A stretch of 64,000 nt of DNA from Octopus sinensis (taxonomy: Eukaryota): the NCBI RefSeq assembly GCF_006345805.1, contig NC_043020.1, positions 13,144,001-13,208,000 of the forward strand, in the 5' to 3' direction. How positions within the stretch are numbered: the first letter of the stretch is position 1; every line of letters begins with the position of its first letter. Of the stretch, positions 35,410 through 46,636 are shown in pieces. The position numbers were made by a program, and so were the translations under genes. Under the pieces are notes generated by a model that worked only from the letters and a program-made list of their open reading frames with translations, made no database searches and had not been told where the DNA came from.

Positions 35410-35735
35410 TAACAAATTCCTCGTTAGGGAAGAAAACCACCACCCAGGGGTAACCAAAGAACCCCCCACAAATTCTGAGCCACCCTACTCATAAGAAGTA
35501 CCATGGCAAGTGCTCCTCTCTCCTCCTTATTTCTCAGCCTTTAGGCACCAACATAGAGTAGGCCCTCTTACATGAACCATCCTCACATTCACCCACCTTT
35601 CAATAAATTTAATGGATGACAGCACCCTCCTTGGGGTGATGAGGGCTTGGCTGAAGGGTAAAGTACCTGTCTTTTCAGTCTCGTCCATTGCACACTCTCT
35701 TTCCCCAGGAAAATTACCTGCTTTTTCCAACCAAA
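35410..35735 (-). mobile_element. Possible L1/Tx1-type LINE 3' end
   Basis: Translation ..RRVLSSIKFIERWVNV-RMVHVRG.. resembles the basic/Trp C-terminus of L1/Tx1 ORF2; from memory, unverified. Confidence 0.4.
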
Positions 35736-36705
35736 GAACAATGATAGGGTGAGCTTCAGGATGGAGTTAGCCAATTGCTGGATGTGTCCTACATGTGAAA
35801 ACAGCAGTTTGACATACATCCAAAAGTTAGCAGTGCTCCAGTTTACATGCAGCACTTGTTTATAATGGTATGCAACATTTCTATAGTAAACCAAGAGAGA
35901 TTTCGTAATCTCGCAACTAAAATACCTTTGTCTTGGAAGGATATGATGCAGGTGGAGGAGGAGGTATGGTTCTGTGTGTGTTTGAAAAATAGTGGAAAGG
36001 AGAGAGAATAATGGCGAGTGAGTTGGGTTGTGTATTTTCCTAATTGGTAGCGCTTGGTTTTGTTGTGGGTTGTTGCTGTTGTTAGTGTTAAGTGTTGCAT
36101 TGGTACTAGTGTGGTGGTGGGAGGCCTTCTATCACTTGTTTGTTTTTTTTTTCTCTTTTCTTTTTTTTGGGTTGAGAGCAGAAAGCTTTGAGGTGCCCTT
36201 CTGCACCACACAAATGACATCTTGGCTTTCTGCCCTCAACCAGAACTCACAAATCCTCTCTGTTTGAGCAGATGGCTTAGGTGTGTTTGTGTAGTGGGGA
36301 ATCTCCCCCTTCCCCTTCCTCTGGTTTGATCTAGAGGAGAAACTTTACCGTGGCCCTTGACCTTATCTTCAGAGATTAAATACATATATTTTTTTTTCAT
36401 TTAGATTTTTATCTAAACCTTTTCTCAACTTCACCTTTCATTTTCCTGGAGTTGATAAAATAAAATGCTAGTAATATACTAAGGATCAATAAATAATTTA
36501 CTTTCCCCTCTGAAATTCCCAACTCTAAGAAAACATTTAAAAATAAAACAATACTGATGATGATGTAGATTCGTTTGTTTATTTCATTTATCTTATCTTC
36601 GTTAAAAAGTCAGCTGATTAATGTTATTTAAGTTTGAATGTTTTTGCAATTTTTATTTCACCTTTTTAAACATTCACTGATGTAATTTTTTTAAATTCTT
36701 ATTTC

Positions 36706-36713
36706 AGGTAAGT
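36706..36713 (+). other. Juxtaposed 3' and 5' splice-site motif (AG|GTAAGT)
   Basis: CACTGAT branch-like site, T-rich tract, TTCTTATTTCAG|GTAAGT. Confidence 0.4.
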
Positions 36714-37870
36714 ATCCAGTTTTCCTGCAGTGGTAATTATATTTATTTCAACTGGTGGGATAAATTTTCCCTATTTTTTTTTATTATATATTCAATTACT
36801 AACTTTTGAGAAAATCCCCCCCCCAAAAAAATCCCCCCAAAAAAATCAAAAAAAAAATCAAAAAAAAAAAAAATCAAAAAAAAAATCCCCAAAAAAATAA
36901 TCCAAAAAAAAAATCCAAAATAAAAAATAAAAAATTCTTTTAAAAAAGTATACAAACAAAAAGATGTAAAGAAATTAAGACATTTTAACAAATCGGGGTT
37001 GAATCCAAGTCGGAATGGAATAATCCACACAAAATTTCATTACCGTTTTGTTCCACTACTGAAATGTTTAGTTTCTACTAAAATATCAATTTTCTTGGCC
37101 TGATAGTATCTTTGTTAAATTTGTTTTCGTGAAATTGAGTTAAAAGCGATATATATTTCATTAATTATCTACTCATTGTTTCACCTGAATTAACTCGTTA
37201 ACCTGGAACGACTTGTTGTTTCCACAGATATCCCCCCCCCATTCAATCATGCTTTTTTTTTCTCCCCCTGGTTTATTTGTTGTTTTTTTTAAAGTTTATT
37301 TTTAAATTTCTCTTGAAATACCTGGAATATTTTTGTGTGTTGTGTGTGTGTGTGTGTGTGTGTGCATGCATGAGAGAAAGTGCATATGTGTGTATGTATG
37401 TGCATGCATGATAAAAAGTGAATCTGTGTGTGTGTGTCAGTGTACACATAAGCATGTGTGTTTTTATGAGTGTTTTTCAGTACATGCACTAATTTTTAAG
37501 CATGTCCCACTCTCAAACATGCACACTCTCCCTCTGGCCCTCACAATTTCCCCTTTGTAAGGTTTATACCATGTTCTTATATATAAATTTTATCATTTAA
37601 ATGTGGAGCCGTATACTCAACAAGCAAGAATATGAACACCTAATTGTATATCTTTAGCCACTCTGATGAGATTCGACTTTTAAATAATTTTAATTATGGT
37701 AATTAATTTCTAAAGGTCTGGAATCAAAACAGTCAGAGATGATGTCTAATTTTTTAATTAATAAATAATTATTAATTTTCTCCCCATTTTTTTTACCTTC
37801 TTAATATATATATAATATATATACACACTCATACACACACACACACCATGCATACATATGATGAAGTATT

Positions 37871-38405
37871 AATGTCTACTGCTCCTGTAACGAGACCTGA
37901 AGCGAGATATCTCGCTTATCTATGACTTCCGTGAATTTATGGGAATATATTCCCTTACACCTACAATCACAGCCTGCCCACGAACTGACAAAACACCTTG
38001 TGTATATATGTTTGATGTTGTTTATATCCTTCGGGCTATTTCTCATTCATATTTGAGTCTTTTCTGTGGTATGAAATGTTGGGACATACCAGCAGATGGT
38101 TCTCACACCATTTAGCATATAGTCATAGAAGGTGATTTAGCATGCATCTGGCCTCATTTCAGGTATGTTGTATTGACAAGTCGTGAAGATGACAAGAACA
38201 TTAATGTCTATTGCTTCTGTACTGAGACCTGATGTGAGTTACCTCGTTGATCTATAACTTCCGGGTGTTTTAACACCAGGCGAACTGATGAGAATATATT
38301 CTCTTATGCCTACAATTGCAGCCTGCCCACAAACTGACAAAACACAAACCTTGTGTATGTGGGTTTGATATTGTTTATATCCCTTAGGCTGCTTCTCATT
38401 CGTAT
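37871..38405. repeat. Diverged direct duplication of about 190 bp (about 335-bp period)
   Basis: ATGTCTA.TGCT.CTGTA..GAGACCTGA and CAGCCTGCCCAC.AACTGACAAAACAC in both copies. Confidence 0.8.
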
Positions 38406-38406
38406 T

Positions 38407-38539
38407 TGAACCACATGATTCCGGGTTCTGTCCCACTGCATGGCACCTTGGGCAAGTGTCTTCTAGTATAGCCTCGGGCTGACCAAAGCCTTGTGAGCGG
38501 ATTTCGTAGACAGAAACTGAAAGAAGCCTGTCGTATATA

Positions 38540-38602
<63 letters not shown>

Positions 38603-38782
38603 ATGTGTTTGTTCCTTCCTCCCCGCCAACATCGCTTGACAACCGATGCCGGTGTGTTTATGTCCCCATAACAATAGAATAAGTACTAGGCTTACAAAGA
38701 ATAAGTCCTGGGGTCGATTTGCTCGACTAAAGGCGGTGCTCCAGCATGGCCACAGTCAAATGACTAAAACAAGTAAAAGAGT
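38407..38782 (+). mobile_element. SINE-A, 5'-clipped, small internal deletion
   Basis: Consensus match. Confidence 0.85.
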
Positions 38783-38905
38783 ATGTGTGTACTGCGACTA
38801 TGTGCTGCACTTTTCAGCGATGACATTTGCCTATTCATTGCTACAATTTTTCTTTTTTTTTATCTCTCATCTGATGAGAAAAAAAGATTTTGTGTGGGAG
38901 TGTTG

Positions 38906-39145
38906 ACATGTGGCCTTAGTCACATGCTTTGCTGTAATATCCCTGCTACATGTGACTGTGTGTTCATGGTAACACCTTCACTACATGTGGCTTTAGTCAC
39001 ATGCTTTGCTGTAATATCTCTGCTACATGTGACTGTGTTCACTGTAACGCCTCCACTACATGTGGCCTTTGTCATGTGCTTTGCTGTAATATCTCTGCTA
39101 CATGTGGCTGTGTGTTCACTGTAACACCCCCACTACATGTGGCAG
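38906..39145. repeat. 77-bp tandem repeat x3.1, rich in CATGTG/CACATG E-boxes
   Basis: ACATGTGG at 38906, 38983, 39058, 39135. Confidence 0.9.
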
Positions 39146-40034
39146 CAGTCGCGTTTCACTGCCACATCTCTACTACAATTCTGTCATTCTCTCCCTCCCT
39201 GTGCACTCTTCATTCTCTGCCCACTCTCTCTGGTTGAACTGTTCTCATCCATTTTACTTTGGCTTCTAATGAACAAACCACTAATTATAAGGCTGTAATG
39301 AATTCTTTTTCTGTGAACAACTTCACCTTAAGTAACTATAATTAAACTACTACTACTACTAACAATAATGAAAATGATGATAATTCCAGCCAGTATATCT
39401 GTTAAGTAGGACATAATGTATGCCAGTTACTTTGTGTTTTATTTCTGTATTAATTAATTATAATTAAGCTTCAAGTATATCCTTAAAATTTCATAATTTG
39501 TCCTTTTCCTTTTGTTGTATTTTTTTGCTACTTCCATCTGGCAAAGTCTTACCAAATTCTGCCTCTTTTAGCTACTTCGGTTTGTTTACTGTGTTCATTA
39601 AGAAAAATGGTGAGAAACATTATTCTTGCTAATTAAATCCATTTCCACACAATATTGTAATTTAATTGTTTTGAAATCTATAAATTGTCTTGTATAAGTT
39701 CTGCATTCGCCACCAATCAATTTTAGTGCTAACCACTCAACGATGGAGAACACTCCACTGATGTGTGACCTGCTAATAGAAACAATAATCCAAAGAAAGA
39801 CACATTGTCCAGTGGCATATGGTGGTTTTTATATTAGGTACACCACCAGACCCAGTGCCACCAATTTCAAGCAGGAGTATAACAAAAGTTTTCCATTAAG
39901 CAGTGTGCCATTAGCTGAATGGCAACTAAGTTATTTTACTAAATTCTTTGTTGTATTTAAAGTAATTGAAAGAAACACAGAGCATCTCAAAATAAATACA
40001 GTAACGAAAGAGTTAAGCTGTGTGATTAAATTAA

Positions 40035-40479
40035 CCCTTTCGTTAAAACCCAGCTGAAACCGGCTCTGGGTCTGTAGTACAAATGTCTTGTTTTCATAAG
40101 TTTTGAATTAAAATCTTCCACCAAACCTTAGTCACAATTTATGTTCCTAACACTAGCTTAAGTATAACTAAGTTATTTTACTAAATTCTTTGTTATATTT
40201 AACCCTTTCGTGTTCAGATTAATCTGCTAAATGAAATGGTTATGCATTCACATTGCTTTCAATTAATCATGCCTTATTTCATAGCTTTGGGATTTCGTTG
40301 GTGTGATTGTTTATATTTAGAATTACATTGTAGGGTAGGTGTGAGAGGTGAAATCTGGCAAGTTTGAACATAAGATAGGTAGAATATTTAGGCCCGGATA
40401 TGGCCGGTTTAAATGCTAAAGGGTTAAAGTAATTGAAGGAAACACAGAGCATCTCAAAATAAATACAGTAACGAAAGGG
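40035..40479. mobile_element. MITE-G interrupted by MITE-H
   Basis: TTAA|CCCTTTCGTTA ... GTAACGAAAGGG|TTAA. Confidence 0.9.
40203..40423. mobile_element. MITE-H nested at a TTAA within MITE-G
   Basis: TTAA at 40199-40202 and 40424-40427. Confidence 0.9.
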
Positions 40480-40619
40480 TTAATGAGCAAGGTTAATATT
40501 TATAATGAATTTGCCATTTTCGATGGATGTGCAGTGCATACCTAGCACACTCAGAAAATATGCACCTGATATAGTCCTTCCAGGATACAGTATAAGGCTT
40601 GGAATGTTTTTGGTTAGAG

Positions 40620-41023
40620 CTGGCAGAATCATTAGGACGCCGGGCGAAATGCTTATTGGTATTTCGTCTGCCGCTACGTTCTGAGTTCAAATTGCGCCGA
40701 GGTCGACTTTGCCTTTCATCCTTTCAGGGTTGATAAATTAAGCACCAGTTACGCACTGGGGTCGATATAATCGACTTAATACCTATGTTTGTCCTTGTTT
40801 GTCCCCCCTGTGTTTAGCCCCTTGTGGGTAATAAAGAAATAGGTATTTCGTCTACCGCTACGTTCAGAGTTCAAATTGTGCCAAGGTCGACTTTGCCTTT
40901 CATCCTTTCAGGGTCGATAAATTAAGCACCAGTTATGCACTGGGGTCGATATAATCGACTTAATACCTATGTCTTTCCTTGTTTGTCCTCTATGTTTAGC
41001 CCCTTGTGGGTAGTAAAGAAATA
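40620..41023 (+). mobile_element. SINE-B dimer
   Basis: Junction GAAATA|GGTATTTCG at about 40842; 8-bp TSD GGTTAGAG at 40612-40619 and 41024-41031. Confidence 0.9.
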
Positions 41024-41364
41024 GGTTAGAGATCTTGCTTGATCAAGGCTACTCTAATAGAAAAACTGTGTACTTTGACTTTCTTAATTCTATCCATTCA
41101 TTTTGTCCACCCACTCACCATTCCCGAGAGGATTGTGGGGATAGAGAGACAACAGGGTAATGCCGTTAGTAGGAGAGGTTGGGAAGGTGAAAGGGGAGAG
41201 TGAGGTATAGTGTCAGAATAAAACAAGGGACACTAAGTTAAGGGATGTCAAAGCACTTGTGAACAAGACAGAAGTGAGTAAATAAAAGAAAGTAACAGCT
41301 GGGAAATGAAAAATTGGAAAAAAGTGTAGCCAATACCAGTACCGCCTGACTGGCATCCATACTA

Positions 41365-41490
41365 GTTGCACATGGTTCTGGGTTCAGTCCCACTGTGTGG
41401 CACCTTGGGCAAGTGTCTTCGGGCCGACCAAAGCCTTGTGAGTGGATCTGATAGACGGAAACTGAAAGAAGCCCATCGTATATATGTACG

Positions 41491-41527
<37 letters not shown>

Positions 41528-41716
41528 TTGTCCCCCCAACATAGCTTGACAACCGATGTTGGTGTGTTTATGTCCCCGTAACTTAGCGGTTCGTCGAAAG
41601 AGACCGATAGAATAAGTACTGGGCTTACAAAGAATATGTCCTGGGATTGATTTGCTTGACTAAAGGCGGTGCTGAAGCATGGCCACAATCAAATGACTGA
41701 AACAAGTAAAAGAGTA
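41365..41716 (+). mobile_element. SINE-A, 5'-truncated
   Basis: Consensus match. Confidence 0.85.
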
Positions 41717-41924
41717 TGATAATGTAATAGGATTGTTTTAAATATTGAATGGTTCAGAGGGTCCATCTGAGTAAAATAAGAAACAAAGGGATCTGCAGGT
41801 AAAAAAGGGTCAGGAACCACTGTGCTAGAGCAATACTGAGACTTATAGAAGCAGGTGTGTGTGTGTGTGTGTGTGTGTGAACAACTTGTTATGAGGAGTT
41901 GCACAACAGCAACAAGAGTGGAGG

Positions 41925-42110
41925 AGCAATGGCCCAGTGGTTAGGGCAGCAGACTCGCAGTCGTAAGAACGTGGTTTCGATTCCCAGACCGGGCATTGTG
42001 AGTGTTTATTGAGCAAAAACACCTAAGCTCCACGAGGCTCCGGTGGGAGAGGGTGGTGAACCCCGCTGTACTCTTTCACCACAACTTTCTCTCACTCTTT
42101 CTTCCTACTT
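41925..42110 (+). mobile_element. SINE-C 5' half
   Basis: GCAATGGCCCAGTGGTTAGGGCAGCAGACTCGC..GGTTTCGATTCCCAG. Confidence 0.85.
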
Positions 42111-42852
42111 CTGCCACAAAGCAGAGGAACCATGGTGTAACCCACTATGGTGTGGTAAAACTTTCAGACCCTAGTCTAGATTGCGAATCCTCTGTACCCC
42201 AGGAGGGTTCAGCTCTCCACCCGTTAAAAAGCCACCGTTTACGGAATGAGGATAACAACGTAGCTTTCGCGCCCGTGCAACCGCCAGTCTATCGCATGTG
42301 GTGGGTGGATCTTCAAGTTGCCACACGCATTCTTAGTAGCTTAGAGTAGGCTCGAATTAGAGATTATTCTTTGTGGCTCATGGCGTGAGTCCTGATTGGA
42401 AGAAGAAGAAGACAGCAACAAGATGTTAACTTATCTTTTTGAAAATTCCCTCTTCGCGAATTTACTAAATTCTTTGTTATATTTAAAGTAATTGAAGGAA
42501 ACACAGAGCATCTCAACAGAAATACAGTAACGAAGGGGTTAATGAGCAAGGTTAATATTTATAATGAATTTGCCATTTTACATGTCACCAGCATGGGTGC
42601 CAGTCAGGCAGCACTGGCATCGGTCACACTCAAAGAGGAACCATCTTGAGGAATAATAAAGTGCTGTTGATTCTTTGGATAAAAATTATGGCAAGTAGGA
42701 ATGACAACAAATATGGTTGCTTATTCCTTGGCTCTCTTCTGAGAAACTTGATAATGTATTTGATGGGGAAGCAGGGGCGGTGGTGAGGGGGTGGGGGGGA
42801 AGAAAACTTAATAACAAATTGTAGAAATCGATAAAGTTGGTAGAAACCGTTT

Positions 42853-42866
42853 GTTGCCGTGGCAAC
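42853..42866. promoter_or_regulatory. RFX X-box-like palindrome
   Basis: GTTGCCGTGGCAAC, one mismatch from GTTGCCATGGCAAC, in unique sequence about 70 bp downstream of GGGGCGG. Confidence 0.45.
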
Positions 42867-43423
42867 AAAAAGACTTGATTTGTTTATTTTTGGTTGGAAT
42901 TAGTATGATAGAGCGGTTGCTAGATGTTCTGATAGTAGGAAGGAGACAGCTTCAGAGCCATCAGAAAGAAAGAAGAAGAAGAAGATGACGGTGATGGTTC
43001 TTTCTTAATAGGCATGTTTTCTAAGTCTAATGTTACCGAATCAGGAAACCGAGAGGAATAAAACGAAAAGGAGTTGTAAAAGACTGGACAGATTTATGTA
43101 AGGTTTGGGACTTGATGAGAGAAAGAAATGGCGAAGGGGGAAGAAACAGAGAAAAAAAAAGGGAGAAGAAATATAGAGAAGGGTGGAGGCAGAGCAAGAG
43201 AGAGGCAAATAGAGAGATGATGTCATTTTATAGCGATGTTATTAGTTGTAAGCTCTCAAATTGTTAAGTAAATGATATTTTGCTTCCTTGCAAATGTAAT
43301 TTGTTTAAGAGGCTGAAAAGCTATATCATTGAAGATACCGTACAAATGGATATTGTGTGAATTCCATAATGCAGATTGTTGATTGTCCTTCTGTACTAAT
43401 TAGTGACCTACTTGCTGTCACTT

Positions 43424-43778
43424 CTTATTTCTTTATTGCCCACAATGGGCTAAACATAGAGGGGACAAACAAGGACAGACAAAGTTATTAAGTCGATTAC
43501 ATTGACCCCCAGTGCTCAACTGGTACTTTATTTATCGACCCCGAAAGGATGAAAGGCAAAGTCGACCTTGACGGAATTTGAACTCAGAACGTAACAGCAG
43601 ACGAAATACCTATTTCTTTACTACCCACAAGGGGCTAAACACAGAGAGGATAAACAAGGACAGACAAACGGATTAAGTCAATTATATCGACCCCAGTGTG
43701 TAACTAGTACTTATTTAAACGACCCCGAAAGGATGAAAGGCAAAGTCGACCTTGGTGGAATTTGAACCCAGAACGTAA
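43424..43778 (-). mobile_element. SINE-B dimer, headless
   Basis: Junction GACGAAATACCTATTTCTTTAC at about 43601-43622. Confidence 0.85.
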
Positions 43779-44302
43779 AGTGATTGTGGTCAGTGTTGAA
43801 TAACCCACTAAGATTAGTCTTGGAATCACCTTGATTAAAACATTAAAAACACCTCAGGCTATGGTGGTGGTCAGTGTTGGATTCTAAGGTGGCTTCAACA
43901 ATTAAGCTGAAGGATTGACCTGGACCTTCACAACTGCTTCCCTTTTAATCTACACAATCCTTTCCCTTTAAATTTACATGACCTTTACCCTTTAAAATTA
44001 TGACCCCTTGTCTCTATCTGACCTATACAGGTTTTTATGTGGTTCTCATTGCTCTCCGAAATTGATCCCTTTAATTAGTTTCTCTAACTACTAAAACCCG
44101 TTACTCTCACTGGCTTATCTTATCATATCATTTAACCAGTTCTGTAGATAAATCTTCCGTTTATTCTTGAAAGCCACCAGCTGTTTTTACCAAAATTCTT
44201 TCCACCAACCATTCTACTAGAATTCTCTCACTTCGACCCCAGCCTTGCTTCGGTTTGTGTCTAAAATTTTAAATCTATTTCTTTTACTTGTATCAGTCAT
44301 TA

Positions 44303-44625
44303 AGTTAAGTTAATTTTTTGGCTCAAAAAGCAAAAAGCAAGGCCATGTAGGGGGACATGGAGTTATGTACAGGGTGGTGTTCATGCAAAGAGTTCGGGCC
44401 ATTTCTGGTCAAGGGAGACTTTGAACCGAGCAGTCATCAGCATCTTCACTATCTTGTCCAGCAGCTTATTCCACGGATCCGCAACCTGGACGGAGAAAGC
44501 CCCTCTCCTTCGATTGAGATGAAATCGTTGCTGATAGAGCTTTTCGGAGTGACCCCGCTGCCGACGCTCTGGAGCAGGAGTGAAGAAAAGCTCTTTCGAG
44601 AGTTTACACTTTCCGCTTATGATAC
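44303..44625 (-). mobile_element. CR1 LINE 3' end
   Basis: SGKCKLSKELFFTPAPERRQRGHSEKLYQQRFHLNRRRGAFSVQVADPWNKL; TTAAC tail. Confidence 0.9.
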
Positions 44626-44765
44626 AACCAAGCTGGAGCACCACCTTATTTTAAGTTATCAAATCATCCCCATTTAAAATCTGCTACTTATCCTATCAAT
44701 TTCTATTTGCCAAACTGCTAAGTTATTTCACTTCACAACAGCTCGTGTCTTCTCCGTTGTTTATA

Positions 44766-44992
44766 TTTAACCCCTTAGCATTTAATCCGGCCATATCCAG
44801 CCCAAATGTTCTACCTGATTTATGTTTAAACTGACCAGATCCAACCTCTCATGCCTATCCTACAATGTCATCCTAAAAATATACAAATGCCCCATTGAAA
44901 TCTTGAAGCGACAAGATAACGTGTGATTAATTCAAAACAATGGAAATAAGATGCAATACATTTGACAAAGAAACCTGAATGCTACAGGGCTA
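44766..44992. mobile_element. MITE-H
   Basis: TTAA|CCCCTTAGCATTTAA ... TGAATGCTACAGGG. Confidence 0.8.
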
Positions 44993-45039
44993 AAGTTTCT
45001 TTGTAGATTGTTAATTGCTCATCCAACAGACACACACCT

Positions 45040-45206
45040 TGTGGCTGTGTGGTGAGTAGCTTGCTTACAAACCACATGGTTCCGGGTTCAGTCCCACTGT
45101 ATGGCACCTTGGGCAAGTGTCTCCTACTATAGCCTCAGGCCGACCAAGGCCTTGTGAGTGGATTTGGTAGACGGAAACTGAAAGAAGCCTGTCGTATATA
45201 TGTGTA

Positions 45207-45247
<41 letters not shown>

Positions 45248-45452
45248 GTGTGTGTGTGTGTTTGTCCCCCAACATCACTTGACAACCGATGGTGGTGTGC
45301 TTACATCTCCATAACTTAGCAGTTCGGCAAAAGAGACCGATAGAATAAGTACTAGGCTTACAAAGAATAAGTCCTGGGGTTGATTGGCTCGCCTAAAGGC
45401 GGTGCTCCAGCATGGCCACAGTCACATGACTGAAACAAGTAAGAGTAAAGAG
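45040..45452 (+). mobile_element. SINE-A, full length
   Basis: Consensus match. Confidence 0.9.
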
Positions 45453-45727
45453 AGACACATGTAACTCTGGGTTTCTGTTGTTCCTCTATAGTACACATAG
45501 TGTACAATATACACATAGTATGCTATACTCTCATAATACTACACAACCATACACACACAGATTGAGATATACATACATGCTACTGCACATGCAATGCACT
45601 ACACACACACACACACATAATACTAAACATACATGGTATACCATACACATGTAGGACTTCATGCTTAGTGTTCTATACACATATTGAGTGTATTATACAC
45701 TGTACAATATATGCGTCTTATATACAT

Positions 45728-46215
45728 ACAGACATACATCATCTCGAAAGAGTCCAGAAGCTGGCTACCTGCATGGTTCTTGGTCTCGAGCATTTGTCTT
45801 ATGAAGAAAGGCTGAAGACGTTCGACATTTATTCTCTAGAAAAACGACGACGCCATGGTGATCTCATTCTTGCTCACAACATCATAAGCGGAAAGTGTAA
45901 CCTCTCGAAAGAGCTGTTCTTCACTCCTGCTCCAGAGCGTCGGCTGAGGGGTCACTCCGAAAAGCTCTATCTGTGACGATTTCATCTCAATCGAAGGAGA
46001 GGGGCTTTCTCCGTCTGGGTTGCGTATCCGTGGAATAAGCTGCCGGATGAGATAGTGAAGATGCCAACGACCGCTCGGCTCAAAGTCTCTCTTGACCAGA
46101 AATGGCCTGAACTCTTTGCAAGAACACCCTCCCTGTACATAACTCCATGTCCCCCTACATGGCCTTGCTTTTGCTTTTTGAGCCAAATTAACTTAACTTA
46201 ACTAACTAACTTAAG
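45728..46215 (+). mobile_element. CR1 LINE 3' end
   Basis: DIHHLERVQKLAT..LSYEERLKTFDIYSLEKRRRHGDLILAHNII; (TTAAC/TAAC)n tail. Confidence 0.9.
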
Positions 46216-46464
46216 TATTGCTCAGATGTTGTGCTATATGCATACACTGTACAGTATAGTATGCTGGGTACTGTACACTGTACTACATCTACTGTGTATT
46301 ACAGACCCTGCATGCATAGAATGGTACAAGTATCTGAGACTAATGTTTGACTAAAGAATCAATTTAATAGTTTCAAAACAGCCATAGGGCCTGATGCTTA
46401 GGGTTGGAGGGTAGGTGCTTAAATTGGCCCCGGTGTTTGATTGATATTTTATTTTATCGTAAAA

Positions 46465-46636
46465 AGCACCCACTACACTCGCATAATGGTTGGCGTTAGG
46501 AAGGGCATCCAGCTGTAGAAACACTGCCAGATCAGACTGGAGCCTGGTGCAGCTCCTGGCTTCCCAGACCCTGGTCGAACTGTCCAACCCGTGCTAGCGC
46601 GGAAAACGGACATTAAACGATGATGATGATGATGAA
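46465..46636 (+). mobile_element. RTE 3'-UTR end
   Basis: GTAAAAAGCACCCACTACACTC..GGTTGGCGTTAGGAAGGGCATCC..(ATG)n. Confidence 0.8.

Noticed and set aside
36170-36241. SECIS element or pre-miRNA
   Set aside because: No AUGA/GA quartet in the right position, and the 10-nt asymmetric bulge breaks the continuous stem needed for a pre-miRNA.
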